From Callorhinchus milii (Eukaryota), in assembly GCF_018977255.1 (NCBI RefSeq), contig NW_024704750.1:13764001-13828000 (forward strand): a stretch of DNA of 64,000 bases. The letters are read 5' to 3'. The notes under the pieces are model-generated. The model was not told the origin of the DNA and made no database searches. It saw nothing but the letters and a program-made list of their open reading frames with translations. How positions within the stretch are numbered: position 1 is the first letter of the stretch; every line of letters begins with the position of its first letter. Positions 24,601 to 34,800 of this stretch are shown piece after piece. Position numbers and translations under genes: made by a program.

Positions 24601-24620
24601 AATCCTGTGGTTGAAGCCAT
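673..24620 (-). CDS. MIA2: MIA2/cTAGE5 (TALI, TANGO1-like ER exit-site cargo receptor), long isoform, 29 coding exons, about 2482 aa
   Basis: Exons 5'->3': 24515-24620, 23959-24092, 23485-23571, 18828-23076, 16755-17165, 16549-16652, 13227-13349, 11993-12014, 11722-11810, 10998-11075, 10379-10489, 10180-10251, 9975-10079, 9686-9808, 9481-9598, 8739-8797, 7637-7727, 6683-6821, 5899-6000, 5749-5809, 5236-5271, 4796-4863, 4206-4315, 3956-4087 (donor weak, uncertain), 3612-3764, 3275-3385, 2380-2447, 1530-1755, 673-833. All are GT-AG and phase-consistent, summing to 7449 nt. Architecture: signal peptide, MIA SH3-like domain, acidic luminal region, TM, coiled coils (LLQEAEGWGERHSEL, IASHEKKAHDNW), proline-rich tail. 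Synteny with PNN/TRAPPC6B/GEMIN2 identifies it as MIA2 rather than MIA3. Confidence 0.93.
900..1145 (-). mobile_element. Degenerate L2 3' fragment (similar fragments at about 1840-2220 and 63745-63900, minus)
   Basis: Reverse complement reads cattcagccac..ctctggaacactctccc..ttcaagttccgcctgaaaaccttctttt, homologous to the L2 copies. Confidence 0.6.
12638..13214 (+). repeat. G-rich minisatellite, unit approx. GTGTGGGTGAG(G)n
   Basis: More than 30 imperfect units over about 575 nt; source of the Pro/His/Thr-rich spurious ORFs. Confidence 0.95.
13227..13349 (-). CDS. MIA2: MIA2/cTAGE5 transmembrane exon
   Basis: cccgcag|GTG...GCG|gtaagt, 123 nt, phase 0/0. Encodes [41 protein letters not shown] and is followed by the 22-nt microexon IGSRRYL, as in the cTAGE5 layout. 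Confidence 0.85.
13350..13575 (-). promoter_or_regulatory. Internal CpG-island promoter / alternative first exon for short cTAGE5-like isoform
   Basis: GC/CpG-rich. ETS motif CCGGAAGT (13550-13557, minus), YY1-like AATGGCGGCG at ATG 13535, GC boxes about 13445-13475. Lies directly upstream of the TM exon. Confidence 0.7.
13575..14100 (+). repeat. GA-rich tandem repeat (GTGAGACAGAGGAGAGG / GTGAGAGAGGGA units, then degenerate GA)
   Basis: Directly visible purine-rich tandem array. Confidence 0.9.
17750..18130 (+). mobile_element. Older degenerate tRNA-headed SINE of a second family (related remnants at about 15100-15320 minus, 16015-16320 and 58080-58260)
   Basis: gtagctcagttggta..cccaggtttgatc..gctgatctcag..attggcttca..ctgggct; motifs are shared by eye among the copies. 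Confidence 0.45.
18525..18791 (+). mobile_element. 5'-truncated SINE ending in (TTTA)n next to MIA2 exon 4
   Basis: Begins at the B box gggtttgattcc, followed by the family core and tail. Confidence 0.85.
18828..23076 (-). CDS. MIA2: MIA2 exon 4, giant 4249-nt exon encoding acidic luminal region
   Basis: Acceptor tttcag|GAAAGTGATTTCCTTTGC (ESDFLCL, end of the MIA domain) is in frame with the 1361-aa ORF 18814..22899. Donor AAAG|gtattg is phase 1, matching the next exon. Confidence 0.9.
23485..24620 (-). CDS. MIA2: MIA2 exons 1-3: signal peptide and MIA SH3-like domain
   Basis: MASTTGFIILLVLFLHLVTVTSLSDLKTCADPQCA / RLLNRVQASMDYKGPDCRYLTYKSGESIDVYWKLSGKRNDLWAGS / IGKQFGYFPKDTVQVEE. MIA-family motifs CAD-C, DYxGPDCR, LWAGS, GYFP. 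Exon sizes 106/134/87 nt. Confidence 0.95.
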
Positions 24621-24828
24621 GTTTTACTGTCATCCCTGTCTGCTGTCTTGATCCAGAAGCAGTCGTGAAGGATGGGGAAACTGCCTTGCAAATGTAACGC
24701 AGAAAGCTTTCCTTCTACAGAGTTGGCTTCCACCCAGAAGCGTTCGTCTTTACTCGATTCTTTTCTTTCACAGAGCTTCACTTCTCATTTCAAGAAAGAA
24801 AAATGAGACGAAGTCCAACGTGGCCCCA

Positions 24829-24869
24829 TGGACCTTGGGGTCACTGTAACGAGCAATTTAATGATTAAC
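24829..24869 (-). promoter_or_regulatory. MIA2 proximal promoter: HNF1 site plus nuclear-receptor (HNF4/NR5A-like) site
   Basis: GTTAATCATTAAA (24857-24869, minus) has one mismatch to the HNF1 palindrome GTTAATNATTAAC. TGACCCCAAGGTCCA lies at 24829-24843. About 240 nt upstream of the ATG. Confidence 0.6.
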
Positions 24870-26924
24870 TTATTAAAACACACACACATTCTCAAAAGTA
24901 AATCATCAAACCTTTTATCGTTATCTTTTGGTGAGGCTGTGCTGCCTGCAATTAAAATGGGACTGGACTCAGACAGACTTGCAGTGATTGGAATAGCTCA
25001 ACAACGCTAAAAGGATTTAGATAGAACGAGCCAAGTACAATATTGATTCAATTGCTATTGAAATATATCATTGTCGTCTTATTTATTGTTTGGCTATAAT
25101 CTTCATTTTCATTCCCTGTGTTATTTGCCCCTTGTTTTTTTAATTTGATTTGCCATCAGATTAAATTAACCTGCGATTAAATTCGTATAAATATGCAGCT
25201 TTTTTTTTAAAAAAAAGTATCGTGTTTATTTCTAACCCAGCAGCACCACAGCCAATGTGGTCACGACTCTCTCCCTCTGAAACGTAAGCATTTTATCATC
25301 ATCGGAACGCATTTCAGTTTTACAACGCTACTTTTCTTTTTAATTCGTGAATTGTCCACCGGTGCAAATTGTTGGACATTTAACAGAAATTCGACATTAA
25401 TTGCACTTGGGCTAATTAGAAATTAAAGAGGGATGAACAGCATTTCCTTAAAAAAAACGACTTTTTTTTTGTAAAGCAAAGAGGGAGAGGCGGTTATATT
25501 GATAAGTTCTGCTTAAGTGATAAGCCTGTAACTTTCTCAGATACCTTTTGTTTTAAGCCTAAGCGATAAAGACAATCTATATATATATATATATATATAC
25601 ATATATTTACGAATGAGTATTCTTATCCTGACAGATCACCATTTTAGTCTATGTTTTTTTTTGTTTGCTGTGTGTAGGACAACTCACTCCCAAGTCTTTT
25701 CCTGGACGTGTGTGTCTCCTCTACAGGGTGTAGACTTCACTGGCCCTTTGAAACCTACCAATTGCAACTTCACCATTAACACGTCCCTCACCCCTTTACC
25801 GAGATGCTGTGTTGCTATATGGGGCTCAAGAACTATTTATGACATTCCAGTGTCCCATTCACAAGATGTGAATTTTCCAAGTTCTGGGTGAAGTTTCCAC
25901 CAAAGCAGTTTCCAAGGCTACAGCATGTTATGTTATCTGCAAAACCACACGTTGCGATCATTGTTTCGTCAATAAACGGTAATGAAGTTCAACCAAAGTT
26001 TTAAAATCATTTGCATTTCTTATTGCTGTCCTTTTCGAAATAACTGGCCTCCTGGCACCACCCCCCCACCCCCACCCCCTCCACCCCCAACTATTCAGGC
26101 AAACAAAAGCAAAAAAAAAGTTAATATTTCTTACACAAGCGTTTCAAAGCTCAAAAAAAAAAGAGGATTAAAGACAAATAACTTGTTTGCTGTCACACCG
26201 GATGAGTGCGACAAGGAAGTCCTCATTCAAAGCAGTTCCTTCTTTTATAGTATCACGTTGTCAGCATCTCCTGTGACTGACTGACTGACTGGTGTATGTG
26301 GCTGAACTCAGTAAAAGGAAAGCTCGTTTAGAAAGTGGGTCTATATGTATACACATATATATATATATATATATGTTTTACGGAGAAGGTATCTCTTACA
26401 TTTAAAAAATAATCATTGTCTTATTATTATTATATGCAGTTTTCAATTTTAATCCCAAGGGCTCTCATTCAACATCAGAGTCAGCAATAAATACTCACGT
26501 TGTATCTTTTTGAAATAAGACCCCAGAGCGAGTCTCGAACAGTTGCAGTCCTCACGGTTGAGAATGTTCCTTTCTCACTGGAGCTGAGCTGCCAATCACT
26601 TGGAGCAGAACCACCCTCAACATTGGTTACAAAGGGATGTCAATCGTCAGACCTGCCCCCTGCCCACCCCCTGGAGAGGTCCCCGGAACCAAAATTCAAC
26701 TGCGATTGGGCAGTCAATGTTGTACAACCCTCCACATTAGTTTTGAACCTTGCGGACTCTGCCACCCCAAACCCCAACTGGCGAGGCCGGACGGACCTGG
26801 CTGGACAAGCACCAGGAAAGCTTGCCAGGCAGCCATGCCAATGGTAAGCTTTGCGGTTATTAGCCGGTCAGATTCCAGCAATAACCACTGAGGTCCCCCG
26901 AGCCTTGGCTCTTGCCAACCTGCG

Positions 26925-27110
26925 CCTGACACTTACCGGGATTAGGTAAACAAGATGCTTCCCTCCAGGGAGAGCGCCCATATCATTCCACAATCTGTCT
27001 CTGGAATTTCCCTGTGTAGGTGGGATGCATGGAATTCTCAGTTTGGTTTAGATACTCTTTAAGATGGGTTTTTACATGTGTCTGAGCCCCCCAAATTGAG
27101 GTTTATCCCC
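26925..27110 (+). repeat. Dispersed repeat, copy 1 of 2 (copy 2 at 36730-36915)
   Basis: Shared attaggtaa.caagatg..ccctccagggagag..gtgggatgcatggaa..ctcag.ttggttt.gatactctttaag. Confidence 0.8.
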
Positions 27111-27385
27111 TGCCTCATTTCGATTTAAACCATTCCTTTTGCTCCTGCTGTCTGTGCAACTTCTTTTTTTTTTAAAAAAAGCAAAATTGCTTTTCACTCT
27201 AATCCCATTGTTGCAATGATTCCTCCCTTCCCCCTTTGGCACAAATAAACACAAGGGTATAAAATTGGTTTTACCTTTTACCAGTCATTGCTATTGCTCC
27301 CTTCCTCTCCTATTATTGAGAATAAACCTTATATTTTGATTTAGTGCCTTATCGTGTCGAGCCATCTCAAAGTGCTTCACGGGAT

Positions 27386-27730
27386 GGTGTCCTGTAGCTC
27401 AGTGGTTAGAGCACTTGCCTCGCAAGCAAGAGACCTGGGTTTGATTCCCGGCAGGTCGAAACGTTGGGCAAGTTTCCTTACTCCACACGCCTGTATACCT
27501 AGCAATAAGTAGGAACCCAGTTGTTAGTTAATTGGCAGATCGCTTTTCCGGGAGTAGTAATAATAAATTGGTCACTCAATCCATGACTGTTTGTGGGACG
27601 CTGCAGTATGCAATTGGCTGTTGTGTTTCACCCATAAAATATAGTCAATTCACTTTACAATATATTCTGTGAAGCACTTTGAGACATCTCAAAGACATGA
27701 TAAGGCACTATATCAAATGTAAGGATTATA
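27386..27730 (+). mobile_element. Full-length tRNA-Ala-derived SINE (long subfamily)
   Basis: Head TAGCTCAGTGG (A box), anticodon arm CTTGC-ctCGCaa-GCAAG, B-box-like GGTTTGATTCC, shared core CAATTGGCTG, L2-type tail ending aaggattata. Confidence 0.85.
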
Positions 27731-28754
27731 TACCATATATTGCTGTGACAGTGTATTGTGGGCAAACTCTTACTGAATTTGTTAATTGGAAATATTGAAA
27801 ATGTATTGATGGGATCTAACTGCTTCATTGGCATATCAGCCATTTTAGGATTCTGAACATGATACAATTTCTACTGGGCTTCCATGGGCCAACTGTTAAT
27901 GTTTTTCATATTTAATGGAGATAACACCACAAAGGTTGAGCTGCAATACAGTTTGCAGGTACAATAAACTTTATTGCTTACAATTGTAATCCTTGACAAA
28001 AATGGTATAAAGTGTATTGTTTATTGCAGAAATTGGTGTTTTTCAATTTTTGCGATGTCCGATTCACAAAATAGTTTAATATGCAGATTATACGTAGCAG
28101 TTTTAATTTAAAAAAACTGATGCATTCAATCCACCTCTTTTAAAGGACAAGGTTAATGTTTCAGTCACTTAAAATAATTTGTGACCTCTTTACAGCACGA
28201 TAGTTAAAACCAGTTATTCTGCCCTCTGGTGGCACTTTATTATACTGCGGTGTTTGCTCTGGAAAACAGAACTTGGGTGCAGAATTACACTCCAAATTTC
28301 AAAAAAAGCAGTAAGATTTTAAATTCCAAATATTCCATAACCTTTGGGATTTCTTTTCTGATTCTCCAAAGGAGAATTGACTCTTCTTCTGCCTCTCCAA
28401 CTTTTCTTCTGAATTGTTTACTCACGGCGGCAAATTCAGCAGAGTAAACCTGTAGCAATTAACCTGTTTCACATTCTCTGGTAGGAAATAATTTTATTTG
28501 GGGACTTCATTGGGCCAATGCTTTCACACTTGAAAACGCTGTCACTCCTGCTACAATGTATTGTTAGGAGAAATAATATCTAAGGTACGAATATAGTGTT
28601 GCAATACAAATTCTAACGTTTCTAAATTCTTTGCTGAGGAAAATTGTGAAAGAAATCGAAAGACTTGAATTTTGAAAAAAATACAAGATGCATCTTTCCA
28701 CCATAGCTTTGTCCACCCCCCTTCCCGGAATTTGACTTCTCAAACTCCCCAGTT

Positions 28755-29265
28755 CCACAAACCACCATATCCAGCTCATCCAAAACTTCTCACCCCAATC
28801 CACTGGCTCTCTCAATAAGGATCGATTTTAAGATCCTCACCCTCATATACAAATTCCTTCATGCCCTGGCAACTCCTTACCTCTGACGTGCCCAAAGTCC
28901 ATTCCCCTGCCAACCCCCTTTACTCAGCTGGCTCAGGCTTCCTGTACGTCCAACTCCTCAGTGTTTGTGCTTTCATCCATTATACCCCTAACCTCCAAAA
29001 CTCCCTGCCTCACCCACTCTCTATCCACCTTGACTTACCTCTTTAAGACTGCACCTATAGTAATCACTCCGCCTCGCCCCCTCCTTAGCCTCCTTCAAGT
29101 CTCGCCTCAAGACCCTCCTTTTCGACCGTGCCATTGGCCAACCCCCTTTCCTCTCCCCCCCATGACTGCAGCTCGGGTCCGAAATGCTGTACACTGTCCA
29201 GCGCCTTGGGATGTCCTCACGACGTGAAAGGCGCTATACAAATGTAATCTTCTTCTTGTCGTTGA
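28755..29265 (+). mobile_element. L2 LINE 3' fragment
   Basis: cactggctc..tttaagatcctcaccctcatatacaaa and the same tail as the 34060 copy. Confidence 0.8.
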
Positions 29266-29609
29266 GGTACAAATCAACCATAATCTTGCAGAATGGCAGA
29301 ACAGGCTTGAAGGGCTGATTGGCCTACACTTGTTCCTATGTTCACTTCCGCCAGCGTGCAGCTCTCCAAAATGCTATCCTACGCAAAGGGTGCTTATTGA
29401 ATACAAGTTGTTATATGCATTTATTTGAATCCTGAAAATTGTTTAACTTTAGTTCAATGCAAATTAACCAAAACCCAGCTCAGGCTGAAACAATTAATTG
29501 AAAACCAAGGGGTACACAAAATCCTGTATCACAGGATGGCACCAAGTAGCAATAGTTTGGCTGTCCAGTGGAATTTGCAATCTTCCGGATCTTTTTCGTA
29601 GGAAAAGGT

Positions 29610-29724
29610 TTGACAGGAATAAAAATACCTTCCATCTTGGTATATTATCTTTAAACAAAGTTAATCAAATATTTAAGAGCCCTGCTGGATATTAGATCTT
29701 CAATCTGCTGTCACTCAATGGAAT
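29610..29724. repeat. Duplicated ~115-bp element, copy 1 (downstream of PNN stop)
   Basis: 29641-29724 matches 32591-32674 at 75/84 without gaps. Both are preceded by TTGACAGGAAT. Confidence 0.85.
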
Positions 29725-30755
29725 ATGCCTAGTTTACAGATTCTAAAAATGCAACTGAATCCAATAAATACATCAAGGTGCATGAATCTGGAATACTGCC
29801 ACGTCACCTCTTATGATTACGAGAAGTAGCAACTCTGTAGTCTCAATGCAGCAATCTTCCCTGAATGCAAGGATGGTGGATATCAGAAAAACAGGATACA
29901 TTCACACTGATGTTCCTAAGACCGGCCAGGAAATAATTTCACTTTTCATCTGGCTTGTGCTGCAGGGTTAGTGAAGCCATCGCACAGGAATCAGGATGAC
30001 AGCACCTCTTTTCCCTTTTATTGCTTTCAGATAATGCAGAAGACCAGGGTTGCACCTTGGATCTGGTCTGTATCGCTTAACAGCACGTCAGGCATTTTAT
30101 TTAGCCATAAATTGTTGAGGAAGTGTTATTTAACTTGTCTGGGTAGAATACATTAATAATGCAAATTAGTCATTTTGAACAGAGTTTTCAGATGGATTAC
30201 TCACCGTTTTATAAACTGCAATCAAACGTATACAGAAAACATTTAGTGGACAATAGGAACACGGTTTTACTGTTTTTGAAATGTACATTTAATTCTACAT
30301 AAAGAAACTGTATAGTACATAGTCGGTGACAACCGTCTTTACGCCAAGAAGTAACACATAATGTTCAGGTGCCATTTCCCTCCCCCCCAACCCCCTGGAA
30401 TTTCAACTGTACAGAAGAGGTATCATTATTGGTCAAATACAACAAGTTTAAAAACACTGAAAAGGGAGGAAGGCTAATCCTTCAAACAAGCTCAGTACAC
30501 TATTTTCCATACAATTCCATCTTCAGAATACACTTTTAATAGTAATCAGAGAAAATTTCTTACAAAACAATGTAAAAGTACGGGGACTCATGGCAATCAT
30601 TTAACAGTCTCAAGGGTTTCCAATAAAAGTACTATACAGCATGCAAGACTTAAGGTGGATTTATCCTCCAGCTGAAAGAGAACATCCCTCCACCTGTCAG
30701 GTATGTCATCACCAAGTTGTACAAACTGCCTTTCTAAAGTACAGTCTTCTGTGAA

Positions 30756-31849
30756 TTAGTGCTTTTTGTCTTTTCTGTCCAATTTATGATCTCTTTCATT
30801 ACGCGACGACCTTTTTCCTGAACGGTTTTCTGACACAGACCTCTTTCTATCTGTACGTGACCCCTTTTCCCTCGATCCTTTTACCTCTTTGCTACTACTG
30901 TTTTTTGATGACTTACGGTCCTTGTCTGCACTCGAAACAACTCTGCGTTTTCTCTCTGAACTCCTCCTACGCTTCCTGTCCCTGCTCTGCCCCCGACTTC
31001 GGCTTCGACTTTCACTACTGCTGCTGCTACTACTGCTATCCCTACTGCTGCTGCCGCTGCTACTGCTAGAGCTAGAGCTGCTTCTGCTGCTGCTCCCACT
31101 GCTCGAGCTACTCCCACTGCTGCTAGTGCTAGAACTACTGCTCGAGCTGGAGCTAGAGCTGCTCCGACTCCTACTCTTGCTCTTACTCTTGGTCTTGTCA
31201 CGGCCTCTGCTCTTACTCCTGCTACCGCTCTTACTCCTGCTTACACTTTTCCTGGGTGACACTTTCACCTGCTCCACTTGCAAATCCATAGGCTCAGTGC
31301 TGACCACATTCTCTTGCTCGGTCTCAGGCTTAACAGGACATTCAAGCTCAGGTTCAGGCCTGGGCTCGGATTCCGGTATTTGCTCGAGCTCAGGTTCAGG
31401 CTCTGGCTCCTTACAGATTTCAACCACTGTCTCCTCCTGAACCTTCTCTGTCTCCTCAGCCATTTCCTGATCATTCTCTACACTCTGACTAACTTCCTTT
31501 TCCTCATCGACAGGCATACTCTCTGGCTGACTGTTGCTCTCCCCTTCCTCCACCTCCTCCTCTTCCTCAGCCTCATCTTCCTGAGGTTTTTCCTGCTGCT
31601 GTTTCCCTGCATCACTCTGAGCTGCACCCACTTCCACTTCCTCTTCTGCCTCCATTTCTACCTCATTGTTCTTGTTACCTACTTCCTCAATCTCCTCACG
31701 GTGAGCCACCTTACCCTCCTTTTCCTCGTTCTGTCGCTCTTCATTCTGCAACTCTGGCTGTTCTCTCTCCTTCAGTGACTGACGTCTAGGTCTAACTTCC
31801 ATTCTGTTAATCTGATCTGCAAACTCCAGACGTCTCTGTTCAAAAATTG
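30756..31849 (-). CDS. PNN: PNN last coding exon (acidic, EP-repeat, poly-Ser, RS domain)
   Basis: tctacag|CAATTTTTGAACAG is in frame with ORF 30756..31802. Confidence 0.93.
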
Positions 31850-34800
31850 CTGTAGATTCAAAAGGGAAAAAAGTTTAGCCAAGAATGGCGCATTTACAGT
31901 TTATTTTCTCTCGAAAAAAAAACAAATCATGAAACCAAATGAAGTCTAGTGACTTATTGAAAGATGTTGAGAAATAGCGTTTTCCACTTCAGCAAAATGC
32001 ATTACTTTTCTTCAGAAGCGGGACTGTTCTTTGCTCCTCTGGAGGGACTTGCAATTTTGGATTTCTCCTCATCAAAAAACCTACACAGTTATGGGACCTC
32101 TTGCTAAAAATGCCATAAAGGACATTCAGGAAAGGAATTCAGAGTTCATGATCCATTAATGCACACAACAGTTTGGGGAGGGCAAGAAAAGGAATTTGCA
32201 GAATCTGAACACCATCACCCCTGAGATTCACTCACTTAGTGTAGCCAACATAATCCTTTGCTAGTGACAATTCACTTTCCTGCAATTATCAACCTGGAGT
32301 CCGGTTCGACTTTGATCTCTTTTAAAAAAAATTACAATTACAGCATACTGTATTGTATTCTCAGGTACTTGTTTGCTTATTATAGGTTTACAAATATTGT
32401 AGACTTATACCACATTCCCATCCACTACCTCCTGCTCGATTTCTTACTTGACCTGTGTTACAGATACTCAGCAGATTGACCTGGGCCATGTTTTACGTTT
32501 TAAATTTCAACTAAAAATCAATGCCAAGTATCAAGATTGTAACGAGCCAGGCACACTTGACAGGAATTTACTGTATCTGCAGTATTCTAGTATTTTATCA
32601 TTAAACAATGTTACTCAAATATTTAAGAGCTCTGCTGGATATTAGACCTTCAATGTGCTGTCATTCAGTGGAATTATAAGTCATACAGTTTCCACATTAT
32701 AAAGAAGTGATGCATTATGGAGTATCAAACACTGGTTATCTGACAAATGCCTTGTACTATGTAGTCCAACAAAGTCCATTATTATAACTGATCATTTACA
32801 TTTTGGCCTCTACATAAAGTAAATGCACATCGGTTCCAGCCTGCTGCTGGTTCCTGCCTGCAAATCCAAAGTGTTTTCTGCTTGATATATCAGATAATAT
32901 CTTTGCCACTTTACACTCAACTTGTTTTGCCACCCTGCCAACCAGTATTGAATCCAAATGCAAACTAATACTTGCATATTTAAAGTGACAAAATATTTCA
33001 AAGTACTTCACAGCAATTTACTGGCAAGTGTACTGACTTATGCTTCATAGGAAACTGTCAATGAGGTCCCATGAACAACCAATGAAATGAATGAGCAGTC
33101 TTGAAACATCTACTGCAGTTTCTTTCTAAGAAAATTGAACAAAACCTACCATTCATCTTCTTTTGGGAGTCATCTAGAAGCTTTTGAGTAGCCGGACAGT
33201 GTTTGCCAGGAATATAAAATAGGTGAGGCTTTGTCTTTGTTCTTATATATTTGATTATTTTTAAGTTATGCTCATTCCATCCTTCTTGCTGTGTGAGGAA
33301 AAAGCATTTAAGAATTACTAAGGTACATATAAAGGTTGTAAAGCACGATTTTAAACCTAGCTTCAATACACAAATAAAATCCCTACCAAATGGGCCAATT
33401 CCACTTTTTGTTCCAAAAGTCTTAGTTCAGTTTGTTTTGTGCGGCGTTCTTCAAACAATTCTCTCCTCTCATTCTCTACTTGTTTACGCTCTTGTTCTGC
33501 TTGTACTTCAAGTTTTTGCTCAATTTCCTGGCGTCTTTTTTGCTGTTTTAAAAAAAATTGCGAAAAGTTACAGAATACAGAACAATTATTCCTAATTGCA
33601 TAAACATACCTCACAGTATCTGGCAAATCTAAACTGGTAATCTTTTGAAAACATACTCAACAAGGCTTTCATGTACCATAAAAATCATTCTGCGAACCAC
33701 TGTACATGCAGCTGAAATCCTTTGATCTGATATATGCCTATTAACCTTGAATAATTTGGTAGGATCAGGAAAAAGTCATTCAGAATCACTATAATGGGGA
33801 GCAACAACAAATCATTCACAACACGTCAGAGAAATCAAGGAAACCTATGCTATTAGTAATGGGACAGAGCTATGGATTCAGGAGCAAGTTACATGAACCC
33901 AAATACCACTACAGACCACAACAATTTGGATTTATTCGGCGTGAAAGTCAACAGCAAACCAAAAATAAATGGATTAAAGTGTTAAAAAAATAAACAATTA
34001 TCCACCCTTGGTTTATAGTTGGACAACGGAAATAATGAAAACATTTATCCATATACATCAACCTCCATGGTTGCACACTGCAACTCACCAAGCCAGTCAG
34101 GAACCTAGGTGTCTTGTTCGACCCTCAACTGTCTTTTCTCCCCCACATTCAAGCCATGACCCGCTCTGCCTTCCCTCACCTCCGTAACATCACCCGACTA
34201 TGCCACTACCTCACCCCTCAGGCTGCTGAAACTCCTGTTCAAGCCTTCATCACCTCCAGGCTCGACTATGCAAACGCCCTGCTTGTCGGCCTTCCCAACT
34301 CCTCCCTCCACAGGCTGCAGATAATCCAGAGCTCTGCAGCCCGTGTCCTCTCCCGCACCAAACTCCGTAACCCCATCTCCCCCGCTCTCGCCTGACTCCA
34401 CTGGCTCTCTATCCTTCAGAGGATCCAGTTCAAGATCCTGGTCCTCACATACAAAGCCCTCCATGGCCTCACCCCACCCTACCTCTGCGACATCCTAACC
34501 CCCTACCAACCCGCTCGTTCCCTCCGCTCAGCTGGTTCTGGCCTGCTCCATGTCCCCCGACCACACCATTGACGGGAGAGCCTTCAGCCACTCTGCCCCC
34601 AACCTCTGGAATTCCATTCCCCAGTTACTCCGCCTCGCCCCCTCCTTAGCCTCCTTTAAGTCCGGTGTCAAGAGCCTCCTCTTCGACCATTCCATCGGCC
34701 ATCCCCCTTTCCCTCCCTTACCCCCCCCAACCCCAGCTCGGGTCTGAAATGCTGTACTCTGTCCAGCGCCTTGGGACATCCTCCCGACGTGAAAGGCGCT

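Noticed and set aside
27386-27460. tRNA-Ala-like sequences (also 49127, 63062, 56680-56753)
   Set aside because: They are SINE heads: the acceptor stem is poor and each continues into the SINE body.
30857-31778. Plus-strand poly-Leu ORFs (e.g. 30889..31440)
   Set aside because: Antisense shadows of the pinin poly-Ser/Glu exon.
34114-34395. 93-aa ORF as a host gene
   Set aside because: Decayed L2 reverse-transcriptase C-terminus with stops and frameshifts.
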